A stretch of 64,000 bases of DNA, from the IMG/VR virus record IMGVR_UViG_3300046522_000748. The stretch is one strand, 5' to 3'. Positions 28,362-37,740 of this stretch are shown here, one piece after another. The notes beneath the pieces are model-generated. The model made no database searches. It saw only the letters and a list, made by a program, of their open reading frames with translations, and was not told the DNA's origin. A program made the position numbers and the translations under genes. How positions within the stretch are numbered: the stretch's first letter is position 1; each line of letters begins with the position of its first letter. The stretch comes from a virus (Duplodnaviria > Heunggongvirae > Uroviricota > Caudoviricetes).

Positions 28362-29030
28362 TTAGCAGAGCGTTAGCTCGATCATGATGGTCTCGATCAT
28401 CTCCATCAGTGTCAGGCAGGGGCTTGCTTCGAAATAGGAGTCTCGTTGTCCGCGCAGGCAATCCAGGTCGTCGCGGTTAGCGTTGGCGAACGAGTGGATC
28501 GTTTCGATTTGCACGTTGCGCAGGCTGATCGGCAGGTGGAGCAACTGAGCGACGGAGTAACCTATCAGCGACAGCTTTCTGTCATCGCCTTGCTTGCGAC
28601 CGTCCAGGTAGACTCCGCACTCGACCTTTTTCGATGGCTTGTCCTCGTAGCGGATCTGGAATGCGCTGCATTGCACCCCTCGCGCTGCGGACGGGTGATC
28701 GTCTTTTGCCCAATCTACTCCTGCGAACGTGAGTTCGCTGAACTGAACGAGTTTGGTCTTTCTTAGTTCGAGGTAATCCAGTGCTTTGAATTTGCGTTTG
28801 CCTTTGGTGGCGCTCGCCTCTTTCAGGAAGCGTTGGGTTCGTAGTGACAGTTGGGTCAAAGCCGGGTAGCGGGTCAGCATCATCTTGAGGCTATTTAGGC
28901 TCAGGTGATCTTCGGTGCCGGGCAGCAGGGTGAGTTCTTCGGACAGGTGCGAGATTACCATCGCGTCTTTCACGGCTTTTGCGCCGCTGAAGAGTTCGCC
29001 GGTTTGGGTGTTGAAACTTATCATGGTCAT
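28362..29030 (-). CDS. hypothetical protein
   Basis: 222 aa, AAGGA RBS, long structured leader. Confidence 0.7.
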   Translation of the reverse strand: MTMISFNTQTGELFSGAKAVKDAMVISHLSEELTLLPGTEDHLSLNSLKMMLTRYPALTQLSLRTQRFLKEASATKGKRKFKALDYLELRKTKLVQFSELTFAGVDWAKDDHPSAARGVQCSAFQIRYEDKPSKKVECGVYLDGRKQGDDRKLSLIGYSVAQLLHLPISLRNVQIETIHSFANANRDDLDCLRGQRDSYFEASPCLTLMEMIETIMIELTLC

Positions 29031-29237
29031 ATCCTTTAATGGTTAAAGATTAGACATGATGTTCTCCTGATAAATAGGTGGTTTTGCGTGCCTGGATCTT
29101 TGCTGCGAAGCGCAGATCCAGGCGTTGCAGCATATGGCCAAGGCCCGTCGCGAGGTTCCGGTGCTACTCCAGCCTTCCCCGCCAAGACAAATAATATCCA
29201 GACTTAAATACCGTGTCAATAACAATTACTGTGGTTT

Positions 29238-29579
29238 TTAGTAATTGCTTAGAATGTCTGAATCATTCATATCTACATCGGGCAAATACTTCAGAAAGCG
29301 CAAGTGATTTATCCGAAACCAGACGCCAAAGTTAATCCATTCGCCGTCGCGGTCATACATTCGTAGTTCGCTGCTATAGGGCGGCTCATAGGAAATGAGT
29401 CCAATAGCCACACCTTGTGCAAAATGCAGCCCCGCTTCCTCGAACATGTCTTTGTAGCTGTAGAACTTGTCCCCATGGGCGCTGGCGATTCCGCCAGCAT
29501 CTTTAAGGCCGAGTTGGTCAAAGATGCTCTGAAGGTGCTTGTCGAGCCATTTGTAGTGGTTCACGTTTTGAGTGGGCAT
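29238..29579 (-). CDS. hypothetical protein
   Basis: AHGDKFYSY motif; promoter TTGACA-17-TATGAT at 29611-29639. Confidence 0.7.
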   Translation of the reverse strand: MPTQNVNHYKWLDKHLQSIFDQLGLKDAGGIASAHGDKFYSYKDMFEEAGLHFAQGVAIGLISYEPPYSSELRMYDRDGEWINFGVWFRINHLRFLKYLPDVDMNDSDILSNY

Positions 29580-29754
29580 GATGATCCATGAGCGCAAATA
29601 ATTTCGAGTAATCATACGGCATAAAGTAAAATGTGTCAATACAGAAAACACTCACCCAAAAGTGTAAGTGCGGCGCAGATAGTTTTTGTCATTGACAATT
29701 CACCTGCGGCTGACTACAATGGACGCATCTAAATCAGTCTCGTAGGGAACGTCG

Positions 29755-30624
29755 ATGAACAAGCAAACCATCAAGCTGGGCGAATCACCAAGCAGCGGCT
29801 CGGTCAGCGAGTGGCTGGAAGAGGCCTTTCAGTCCATCGACGCCGGTATTTTCAGCGGCGACGCCTTCGAGAGCCAAGATGCATTGGCTCGCTTCGACTA
29901 CTTTGTGGCTCGTTGGCAGCGCGGCCTCGTGAATGCTCGCGCCCACGTGGATCTGGAAACCAATGCCGAGCAGAGTCTGTCTGCATTGGCGACCGGCGCT
30001 GTTCCTGATCTTCATGCTGTCTTTGTCGAGCGCGCAGAAGTGCGCGATGGTCAACGTCGCGGGACGTTCCACTACTATCTGGAAGTACACGCGGATGAAG
30101 CGGCTGCTAAAGAGGCCAGCAATGCCTATGAGGTCTTCGATCTCCCGGCTTCGGCTCCCCTTTACTACATCCCGTGTTCCTCCTACGTTGCTCCTGGTTA
30201 CCATAAGGGCAAGCTGATCAATGTGGTGAACCGGGACGATGATAAGCCGGAAGTCGGGTTTCCGGACGAGATGATTGAGGCTGAGGATCAGCCGGTTACG
30301 GCGGAGCCAAAGATTTATGCTGTGGCGTTCCAGAACTTCGAGTCTGAAAAGCTCATGCTGACGCTGTATGCGGAAAAGTCTCATGCAGATGAGTTCTACA
30401 TGGCAAACAAACACCGTCCGGTCACTGTGAGCCAAATCGTCGTTCCAAACCGCTGCGCCGTGGCTGTGCTTATTGGCCATGACCTGAATCTGTTCCCGCA
30501 TGCCTTCGACGGCAAGCTGGTTGAGATCATTAACAGGGATGACATTATGTGGACTTCTGGCAATCTGAATACACCAGCGATTGAGCCTGACGTTCGTTAT
30601 GCGGCGACCTTCACGCCTAAATAA
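29755..30624 (+). CDS. hypothetical protein with internal duplication
   Basis: GKLINVVNRDD and GKLVEIINRDD; promoter TTGACA-17-TACAAT at 29692-29720. Confidence 0.75.
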   Translation: MNKQTIKLGESPSSGSVSEWLEEAFQSIDAGIFSGDAFESQDALARFDYFVARWQRGLVNARAHVDLETNAEQSLSALATGAVPDLHAVFVERAEVRDGQRRGTFHYYLEVHADEAAAKEASNAYEVFDLPASAPLYYIPCSSYVAPGYHKGKLINVVNRDDDKPEVGFPDEMIEAEDQPVTAEPKIYAVAFQNFESEKLMLTLYAEKSHADEFYMANKHRPVTVSQIVVPNRCAVAVLIGHDLNLFPHAFDGKLVEIINRDDIMWTSGNLNTPAIEPDVRYAATFTPK

Positions 30625-30705
30625 AGCGACAGCCAAACATCTTTCCATGATGCAGCTAGCCCGGCACAATCGCCGGGCTTTTCATTGGTTGATAGCGAGG
30701 TCTTT

Positions 30706-30903
30706 ATGGCGAAGAAAACTCCGGCCAGATCCCTTCAAGAGCGGATTCTGGATGCAGAAACCCGATGCGGACAGTGGCTCGCAGATGGCAATATGGCTGG
30801 AACGCCTGAGCGTGCTGCCTTTTGCTACCAGAAATCCCAATATTGGCTGGATCGTGCCAATTATCTGAGCGGTCGAACTGATCGACAACCGCCCAGGGAG
30901 TAA
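30706..30903 (+). CDS. small hypothetical protein
   Basis: GAGG RBS; WLADGN..KSQYWLDRAN. Confidence 0.65.
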   Translation: MAKKTPARSLQERILDAETRCGQWLADGNMAGTPERAAFCYQKSQYWLDRANYLSGRTDRQPPRE

Positions 30904-30906
30904 CGA

Positions 30907-31527
30907 TTAAATCCTGTAGTAGGATCGCAGATCATACCAAACGGTGTTAATGCCGTTTTCAGTTATGCAGCCGAGGTTTCTCGTTGGGTTTTTAACCCGC
31001 TCTCTTCTGAACTCGGCGCACAGCAGATCATTGATGGGCTGGCCTTTGAGATCCATGTTCAAGATCATTGCATCGCTGATCACGGTACGTTTGCCATCGG
31101 CATCAGTGCCTTGAAAACCTGCTTTGTACTCAAACGGGAAATTTCTTTCGTCCTCGCCCCACAGATCATCATTCGCGATGACTTCATCCATCGACTTTTT
31201 AAAATCAAAAGACTTGCGTTCTGGCTTTGGTGCTTCTGTTGCGGCCTCACTGTTATGGTCTTGTTGATTTTTGACCATCTTCCTGAGTTTGGTGAAATTT
31301 GTGATGGTTGATTCAGAATATTCAAATGCTTCAAACTGCCTAAAAACTGCTGGCACTATCGTCACTGCCTGATTATTAATCAGTGAATAGGTCATTGCGG
31401 CATTATAGTGATCTACGCTCTTATAGATGTGCTGTGAAAGCCAGTAGATACCAAGGAGCACAAGGGTCAAAACCATTGCTCGAATTGTTTTAAAGTAGTT
31501 GTATGAACTTTTATTGTCTCTGCTCAT
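30907..31527 (-). CDS. membrane-anchored protein, paralog of 31524..32045
   Basis: N-term TM; PI..LC..RNLGC..NGINTVW. Confidence 0.7.
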   Translation of the reverse strand: MSRDNKSSYNYFKTIRAMVLTLVLLGIYWLSQHIYKSVDHYNAAMTYSLINNQAVTIVPAVFRQFEAFEYSESTITNFTKLRKMVKNQQDHNSEAATEAPKPERKSFDFKKSMDEVIANDDLWGEDERNFPFEYKAGFQGTDADGKRTVISDAMILNMDLKGQPINDLLCAEFRRERVKNPTRNLGCITENGINTVWYDLRSYYRI

Positions 31528-32045
31528 TTATATAGTTCTTCCCAGATTGTATTAGTCCCATTTTTTGATAGGCAGCCATAATTGCGATTGCCGCGTTTTT
31601 CAAAACCCGTGGTCATGTAGTGTTTGCACAATGCATTACTGATCGGATTCATTTTGGTATCAGCGATCAATAGCAGCACATTTTTCACGCTGATCGAATT
31701 TCCGCTCATATCGACACCTTCAAACTCAGGCGCATAGTAAATGGGGTAAGGGTCGCCCAGCACGGCATGCGCTTTCTGTTCGACCATTTGTGAGACGACT
31801 TGTTTGTAATCAAATGGCTCGGGACTGTCCCTGTTCGATGCAGACATGTTTGACCACGTGTTCTGGTTCTGCTTGATTAGCACGGTGTTTGACACGCGCA
31901 GCATTTGAGCATCGATCTCGAAAAATGCTTTTTCCAGACGGCCCAGACTGTAAATGCTGTACCAAAAATACATCAGTGCAGCGAGCCCCATAAGAAATAC
32001 AGTAATGTACTGTCGCCCCAGGCTTTTCCTGACCCTTGTGTCCAT
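31524..32045 (-). CDS. membrane-anchored protein, paralog of 30907..31527
   Basis: N-term TM; PI..LC..RNYGC..NGTNTIW. Confidence 0.7.
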   Translation of the reverse strand: MDTRVRKSLGRQYITVFLMGLAALMYFWYSIYSLGRLEKAFFEIDAQMLRVSNTVLIKQNQNTWSNMSASNRDSPEPFDYKQVVSQMVEQKAHAVLGDPYPIYYAPEFEGVDMSGNSISVKNVLLLIADTKMNPISNALCKHYMTTGFEKRGNRNYGCLSKNGTNTIWEELYK

Positions 32046-32083
32046 AATGGCAACCCTTGAATTAAATAATTAGTCGTTTGTAA

Positions 32084-33409
32084 TTACAACAAGTCCCAGT
32101 TTTTCAACTTGTTGGTCAACTGTCCCAAGGCAATGCCAGGGTGATTAAATGTCGAGTTTGGCAGCCCATCCTGAAAAAGCAGGTCAGGCAGTGCGCTCAA
32201 TTGCTTGGCAGCAGCTCGAAGCTCCACGAGGGCGAATTCAGGATCAATAAAATGGCTGAGAGACTGGCATGCCAGCTTCCAGTCCATCGCTCCACCCACT
32301 TCGATGGGTCTTTTCCACTTCGTGGAGCGAGAAACGCCTTCGTCATCCATCGCCATCGGTGCCACGTCATAAAGCGGCGCCAGACGGATGCTGTTTTGTC
32401 CGCGAATAATCGCAATGTTTCGACCGTGGTTATCGGTATCACCCAATAGGCGTTTAATCAGATCCCGTCGCAGGTACTCGGCAATCAGCTCGGGGATTTG
32501 ATCTTGTTGTCCGGCCTGCCGCCACAATCCGGTGAGCAATTCGATGACCTGCCCATGTTCCATGTAGCTGCCTGGGACTATCACTTGCGCCAGCGAGTAG
32601 ATCGACTCGACAGCATGACGCTGAACAGAGCCCGAGACGATATCCCGATCAAACCGTGGCAGCCACAGGCTCGGACGCTCGCCCTCCTCCAATCGCATCT
32701 CAGGCGCCCTGATGGTATCGACGCCAAGCGAATGGAGGGCTTTGTAGTACAGGTATTCGCTGCGCAGAATAACTTGGTCTCTGGCCGTGCCGTTGTTTCT
32801 CGCAAATTTCACCAACCAATGCTTGGAGGCCTGCGCGTCGTCCAGGTCGCTATCGGGATAGAGCAGCCCCTGTGTCGTCTCAGTGAGCAGCACTTTTGGG
32901 GCCTCGCCACAGGCACCGAGTGCGGCCCGTATGTTTGCACCTTTAGATTGGGCAAAGTCGATAAACGAAGCGCTGTGGTCAGTGATGTCTTTGAGGCTAA
33001 AACCGATTGGCTCTCGACAGTCTGGGTCATCGACAGACTCCAGAATTCGCAGATGTCCTATCGGCGCCGGGGTGCAAGTCTCAAGTAGCAGGCCGTCACG
33101 ACTTCGCCCCTGTTGCTTGCTGATGTTCATATGCCGCAGCAATGCACGCTTGGCAGCGCCAGCAGGCGCGATGTCGAAGAGGAAAGCCGGTGATGTCGGG
33201 TATTGAAGACTGTCCCAGCTTAGTGGCGCCATGGCACTCACAGAGCGCGAGAAAACGCTGTGCAGATGTTCGATATTGTCGAGAACATAAGCCGGTTGGT
33301 AATTAACGCTGAAGCGCCCCGCCAGACCTTTCTCTGGTTCGTGCAGAATGAGTGCGGCAGTGTCATGCCATTGGTCATCCCAGTACGTCTGAAGGGTAAG
33401 ATTCTGCAT
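32084..33409 (-). CDS. hipA: HipA-family kinase (toxin), no adjacent antitoxin
   Basis: GACGEAPK, WLVKF, RFDR, DTDNHGRN, LAPLYD motifs. Confidence 0.88.
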   Translation of the reverse strand: MQNLTLQTYWDDQWHDTAALILHEPEKGLAGRFSVNYQPAYVLDNIEHLHSVFSRSVSAMAPLSWDSLQYPTSPAFLFDIAPAGAAKRALLRHMNISKQQGRSRDGLLLETCTPAPIGHLRILESVDDPDCREPIGFSLKDITDHSASFIDFAQSKGANIRAALGACGEAPKVLLTETTQGLLYPDSDLDDAQASKHWLVKFARNNGTARDQVILRSEYLYYKALHSLGVDTIRAPEMRLEEGERPSLWLPRFDRDIVSGSVQRHAVESIYSLAQVIVPGSYMEHGQVIELLTGLWRQAGQQDQIPELIAEYLRRDLIKRLLGDTDNHGRNIAIIRGQNSIRLAPLYDVAPMAMDDEGVSRSTKWKRPIEVGGAMDWKLACQSLSHFIDPEFALVELRAAAKQLSALPDLLFQDGLPNSTFNHPGIALGQLTNKLKNWDLL

Positions 33410-33439
33410 AAAAGCGCCAATTCACCGTGTGAAAAAACA

Positions 33440-33471
33440 AATCACCTAATGGAGCGACCCATTAGGTGATT
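33440..33471. repeat. 13-bp perfect inverted repeat upstream of hipA
   Basis: AATCACCTAATGG-agcgac-CCATTAGGTGATT. Confidence 0.7.
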
Positions 33472-33783
33472 ACTCGGAGATTTTACGAGTGGCCTACCGA
33501 ATATCCACCTCAGGGGAGCTGATTCTCGCCTTGTCCCCAATCGCATGTGCGACACCTGATCGCTCAGGTCACTAGGGTTAATCCGCAGTCACTCTTGTTA
33601 GGATCATAACTCAAGAGAAGAATGGTACGCTGGAATACACACTCATGCTCCCTCTGCAATTCACCGACATATATGCCGTGGGTGTCTCGCAGGCGACCAG
33701 CGCCGCCAATCAGCTTAATTAGCGTAGAGATGGTTACATAATATTCATTTATCTTGAATCTGTCAATCGTTTTCAGCCGCTGC

Positions 33784-34101
33784 TTAATGCGCACTCGCCT
33801 GAATCCAAACCTCTTCGCGACCATTGGCTTCGCATTCAAGAACGTCACCATCAGTAAACTCAATGGTCAATGACCGGCGTTCAGTAGAGCCGTCATAGTC
33901 AATCGAAGCGATGGTTTTACCGACACACTCGATGGGTGTACCTGATCCATTAAGCGACGTGTTCAACCACAGTTCGCCATGACCGGCAACGCTGATGGAA
34001 AGGACGCTGCTTCCGGTGAGGTTGAAATCGAAGCCAAACGAATTGTCCTGGACGAAATCCGTGCTTTCGATGGTCTCGCCGACAAGATCTTGAACGTCCA
34101 T
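33784..34101 (-). CDS. acidic hypothetical protein
   Basis: AGGAG RBS; operator promoter 34142-34182. Confidence 0.7.
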   Translation of the reverse strand: MDVQDLVGETIESTDFVQDNSFGFDFNLTGSSVLSISVAGHGELWLNTSLNGSGTPIECVGKTIASIDYDGSTERRSLTIEFTDGDVLECEANGREEVWIQASAH

Positions 34102-34165
34102 TCTTAGCTCCTGGGAATATCATTAACTGTGCAATCGGGCCATTATGACGACCCCCATGCACAAT

Positions 34166-34182
34166 TGTCAATACCAGTGACA
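34166..34182. promoter_or_regulatory. operator TGTCA-N7-TGACA
   Basis: Perfect site over minus-strand -35. Confidence 0.75.
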
Positions 34183-34185
34183 TTT

Positions 34186-34899
34186 TCAGTGGCTTTCGAG
34201 GGTCACCCACCAGCCACGAAAATCACTGTAATGTACGTAGAGTGCGCCATTGTCGCCAATGACCGGGCTGTGCATTGTGCAAAAAATCGTATCCTGCGTG
34301 CTTTCCTGATCGCTTTGGATACCCCAGGCATAGCCACCGAAATACGGTGCATCGCGTGGCACCAACTTGTTCGCATACTCCCAGTATTCATCCATCAAGG
34401 ACATGTCCTTCATGCTTTCGAATACGTCCACTGTTTCCGAAGGAACTGGCACCAGCCTCATGATGGAGTACTGATAAACAACCCCAGCCGGACGTGGCTT
34501 CCACTGAATCTCCTTCGCAGGACGCGAATCGAAATAGGTGATGCCTTTCCAATCGCCTCTCAGGTCGAGAAATACCCACAGTACACCCACGGAGGGTAGA
34601 TCAGGACAGTTCCTTGCCTGCCATGGAATTTCTTCAAGGTTTACTTGCAGCCAAAATGTTGGCCCATCCAATGGTGAGCCCGGCGAGCAGTATTGAATGG
34701 GGAAATCCGGGTTTTCAGGAATATCAGGAAGACCCAGCCAGTGGGTATAACCCATGGCTGGAAGGTCACCAACGGGCGGTGTCTTCAGTGACCCTTTGGT
34801 TGGCTTGAATACCGCTGCTTGCCGCGCCGCTCGTTCGATGGCGTGCGCATACACATTCAGGTCGCCGGGAATGGTTTGGTGATCAATCGGTGCAGGCAT
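34186..34899 (-). CDS. DUF1963/YwqG-like protein
   Basis: FWLQVNLEEIP..LPSVGVLWVF, FGGYAWGIQ, IGDNGALY. Confidence 0.7.
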   Translation of the reverse strand: MPAPIDHQTIPGDLNVYAHAIERAARQAAVFKPTKGSLKTPPVGDLPAMGYTHWLGLPDIPENPDFPIQYCSPGSPLDGPTFWLQVNLEEIPWQARNCPDLPSVGVLWVFLDLRGDWKGITYFDSRPAKEIQWKPRPAGVVYQYSIMRLVPVPSETVDVFESMKDMSLMDEYWEYANKLVPRDAPYFGGYAWGIQSDQESTQDTIFCTMHSPVIGDNGALYVHYSDFRGWWVTLESH

Positions 34900-34920
34900 G
34901 ATTTTTCTCGATGTGAGGTT

Positions 34921-35262
34921 TTAACGTGATGCGTCGTGATGGGCAGCCAACCAAAGCTCGGCCATTTCCTGGCGAATCCGGCGCAGGTCACGTGTGGCCC
35001 ACACCTTCATGATTTGTGCGTCACTCAATATGTCGAAGCAGCCGGTTTTGGTTTCCATTCGGACATACCAATGCTCGACGCCTTCAATTTCCCGTGAGGC
35101 GAGATGAGGCACAAACGCAACGTGGGCCATTTTTTTTCCTATCAGTTCTGGGGAGCACCGTTTGGGTGCGCACGTTGGTTCACCATTTGCGAGAATCTTC
35201 TGGATGGCCTGCCTTGAAGCCATCCCAGGCATAGAAGTAAGGGCCATTTCCTGCCTCAACAA
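34921..35262 (-). CDS. hypothetical protein (start uncertain)
   Basis: Fills operon gap. Confidence 0.5.
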   Translation of the reverse strand: MLRQEMALTSMPGMASRQAIQKILANGEPTCAPKRCSPELIGKKMAHVAFVPHLASREIEGVEHWYVRMETKTGCFDILSDAQIMKVWATRDLRRIRQEMAELWLAAHHDASR

Positions 35263-35425
35263 GCTCAGTAACCCATATTTTCACCACGTCGTAGTCGTCG
35301 TGGGACTCATAATCGAGCAAGGCGAGACTGGCAATTGCAGCGAGACCGTATTGGCCGGTTTTCACCTCAAGAGTTTGCTCTGGGCCACCATTGATTTGGA
35401 CGCAAAACATCGTTTTATCTGACAT
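35180..35425 (-). CDS. hypothetical protein
   Basis: GAAGGA RBS. Confidence 0.6.
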   Translation of the reverse strand: MSDKTMFCVQINGGPEQTLEVKTGQYGLAAIASLALLDYESHDDYDVVKIWVTELVEAGNGPYFYAWDGFKAGHPEDSRKW

Positions 35426-35520
35426 ATATTTTCCTTCAGAAACTGCTACGGCGCAAACGGCACCTCTTCTACTGACAAAGCCCCGAGAAACGGGGCTTTG
35501 TGTATGGCTTGATCAATAAC

Positions 35521-35706
35521 TCAATCGACTTTGTAGAGTGTGCCGATTTCCTTGACCTCGTACAGGTCAAAGTCATTATCATGAGGGATGCCAAGCTCAT
35601 TGCAGGCAGCAGAAACATCGCCACCAGTGATGCGATCCGGGAGCATCTGCCGTTCCTGGCACCATTCAGCGATGTCGTAAAGTTGCTTGGTGGTAAACCG
35701 CGTCAT
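35521..35706 (-). CDS. small hypothetical protein
   Basis: GGAGG RBS, coupled start; terminator 35477-35499. Confidence 0.65.
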   Translation of the reverse strand: MTRFTTKQLYDIAEWCQERQMLPDRITGGDVSAACNELGIPHDNDFDLYEVKEIGTLYKVD

Positions 35707-35891
35707 TGCTGCGCCTCCCCGGCTGGTTTTTTCTGATCCAAACTGTCATACCCGGCGATGAAGTCGTGCCACTGCTGGCAGCCTGGAAGCAGGTTTTTCA
35801 GCGCGGATTCTTTGATATCTATACCGTCCTGACGAGCCGATACACCAGCGTTATAGGCAATGGACGTTTCCTGTTCAGCGGTTGTACTCAT
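35703..35891 (-). CDS. small Rmf/CrpP-like protein
   Basis: AYNAGVSARQDG...WHDFIAGY; AGGAG RBS. Confidence 0.55.
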   Translation of the reverse strand: MSTTAEQETSIAYNAGVSARQDGIDIKESALKNLLPGCQQWHDFIAGYDSLDQKKPAGEAQQ

Positions 35892-35931
35892 TGAAAACTC
35901 CTGTGGTGATCGGTCGTGTCGGAATCCCGGA

Positions 35932-36351
35932 TTAAACGAAGGCAACTACTTTCTTCAGCGTCCGGATCACAGGTGTTTTTTCAAAGGGAACGAGGCAGTC
36001 AAAGCAGCCGGACTGGTAGAAATCGATGGTTTCACCGTCTGGATCATAGCCGCCCTCTTTGCTCAGGCGCTGCGCAATGACACGGTGGCCGTCAGGGTAG
36101 GTATCGTTGCCCGCATTGCCGCCGCCATCAAAGCGAGTGTCAATAACGATGTACTCACCACGGAAGGTGTCTGTCTTCAGCTTCTTCCTGGCGCCATTGT
36201 CGAGGATGTCGCCGACGCTGATGGTTTTTTTGGTGAGTTCTGTGTTTTTTGGCATGCCGGTGTAGACGAACATTTGGGGAATGCTCGCCCGAATCTTCAT
36301 CCCTTGGGTCACCGCGAACACATCGCCAACGTTCAAATATTGTTGAGTCAT
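35932..36351 (-). CDS. conserved hypothetical protein
   Basis: GGG..D.YPDGHRV..IDFYQSGCF; operator promoter 36393-36432. Confidence 0.75.
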   Translation of the reverse strand: MTQQYLNVGDVFAVTQGMKIRASIPQMFVYTGMPKNTELTKKTISVGDILDNGARKKLKTDTFRGEYIVIDTRFDGGGNAGNDTYPDGHRVIAQRLSKEGGYDPDGETIDFYQSGCFDCLVPFEKTPVIRTLKKVVAFV

Positions 36352-36415
36352 GAGTCTGTCCTTGTTCGCCTGCGCATGATTTATTGATGAGAAGTATAGC
36401 TTAAATCCAGGCCAT

Positions 36416-36432
36416 TGTCAATCATAATGACA
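36416..36432. promoter_or_regulatory. operator TGTCA-N7-TGACA
   Basis: Perfect site; TTGACA-17-TATACT. Confidence 0.8.
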
Positions 36433-36485
36433 CTGATGCGGCGTGCTTAATTTGTCTGCATGCCGCATCAGGCTCGGTTTTTCGC

Positions 36486-37226
36486 TTAGCCCTTGAGCTG
36501 TTCTGTCACCTTGGCCAGCTCAGCTTCAAGCTCTTTTTGCTTGGCCGTGAGGTGGCGTTTCATCAGGAATTTTTCAATACCGGTCTTCATCGACATCAGC
36601 AGCTTGCGCGAGATTTCCTGGTTGGTTGCTCGTGCCACCGCGCCGTACATTCTGAGGTTCAGCACACCATCGGCATCGTGACTGAAGGAAAAGCTCGATT
36701 TTGCGTCGGTCAGAAAACCTGACTGCCGGTATTTGTGCTTGAACTTCTCCAGCTGTGTTTGCATGTGATCGATCATCGACTCAACCGCCTTGCAGCCTTC
36801 GGCAAAACCATCGCCTTCATCGGTACTGAAGGTGAATTGATCGATGTCGCACAGTTCCTGTTCGATACGGGTTTCACCTTGCAGGTTGATTTTGTCCAGA
36901 TTGACCAGCCAGATTTCCTGGAGGTCATCCACGACCCAATCGATGACGCCACGATCTTGGCGTGTGGAAAGGATGAACTTGAATTGGGTGAAATCGACCG
37001 AGTTTAGATTGAGGCGATTGCCGGTGAAGGTCAGATCGCCGAGGGTCAGTTCTTCTTCGCCGGAAATCTTCAGGGCGCGCTTGACCGAAAATGGCGTGAG
37101 GTTGCCGCAACGAGCACCGTAACGATCATTAGGGATTTCGTAATGGCAGTTCATTGCCTTGTCCACAGTGAGAAAGGTAAACGGCCCTGCCGTTTTAGAA
37201 ACCAGAATGGCAATGAAGTCGCTCAT
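36486..37226 (-). CDS. hypothetical protein
   Basis: GAGGT RBS; operator promoter 37256-37295. Confidence 0.75.
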   Translation of the reverse strand: MSDFIAILVSKTAGPFTFLTVDKAMNCHYEIPNDRYGARCGNLTPFSVKRALKISGEEELTLGDLTFTGNRLNLNSVDFTQFKFILSTRQDRGVIDWVVDDLQEIWLVNLDKINLQGETRIEQELCDIDQFTFSTDEGDGFAEGCKAVESMIDHMQTQLEKFKHKYRQSGFLTDAKSSFSFSHDADGVLNLRMYGAVARATNQEISRKLLMSMKTGIEKFLMKRHLTAKQKELEAELAKVTEQLKG

Positions 37227-37278
37227 GGGACACCTCGATCATTAATATGGTATGAATTATACCCAGCAACAATCTCGA

Positions 37279-37295
37279 TGTCAACATGATTGACT
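37279..37295. promoter_or_regulatory. operator TGTCA-N7-TGACT
   Basis: TTGACA-17-TATAAT. Confidence 0.75.
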
Positions 37296-37308
37296 GTATT
37301 TTGTTTCG

Positions 37309-37725
37309 CTATTGCTTGGCGAGGAATGCTGCATGCACCTTGTCCAGGGTTTCCCGAAAAGCCAGAAGCCCTTCTGGGGTATCGATGTGGTAGCTGCCAA
37401 TGGCAAACCCTTTGAAGTCTTCGGGTGCTTGGCCACCGGCACAGCCGCTCACACGCGCCTCCCCGCCAAATTGATTATCCAGCTCTTTGGCGAACTCATA
37501 GGGAATGCCTGGGCCTTGGGCGATCCAGTAATACCACGAACGTTCAAAGCTCCAGCCCAAGTGGGAGCCAATGACGATGGTGTCCACCTCACGTGTGCCC
37601 ATTTTTTTGCGCATGAACTCTGGCGCTTTTTCAAAGCTGATCCCCGCAGCTTCCAGTTCAGACTGGTTTACATCGTCGGTCATTGGAACCCCGGCGAGAT
37701 TGGGAAACGTGTTGTGTTTTGGCAT
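37309..37725 (-). CDS. conserved hypothetical protein
   Basis: GWSFERSWYYW..GPGIP..YHIDTPEGL. Confidence 0.75.
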   Translation of the reverse strand: MPKHNTFPNLAGVPMTDDVNQSELEAAGISFEKAPEFMRKKMGTREVDTIVIGSHLGWSFERSWYYWIAQGPGIPYEFAKELDNQFGGEARVSGCAGGQAPEDFKGFAIGSYHIDTPEGLLAFRETLDKVHAAFLAKQ

Positions 37726-37740
37726 AACGACTCTCCTGAG

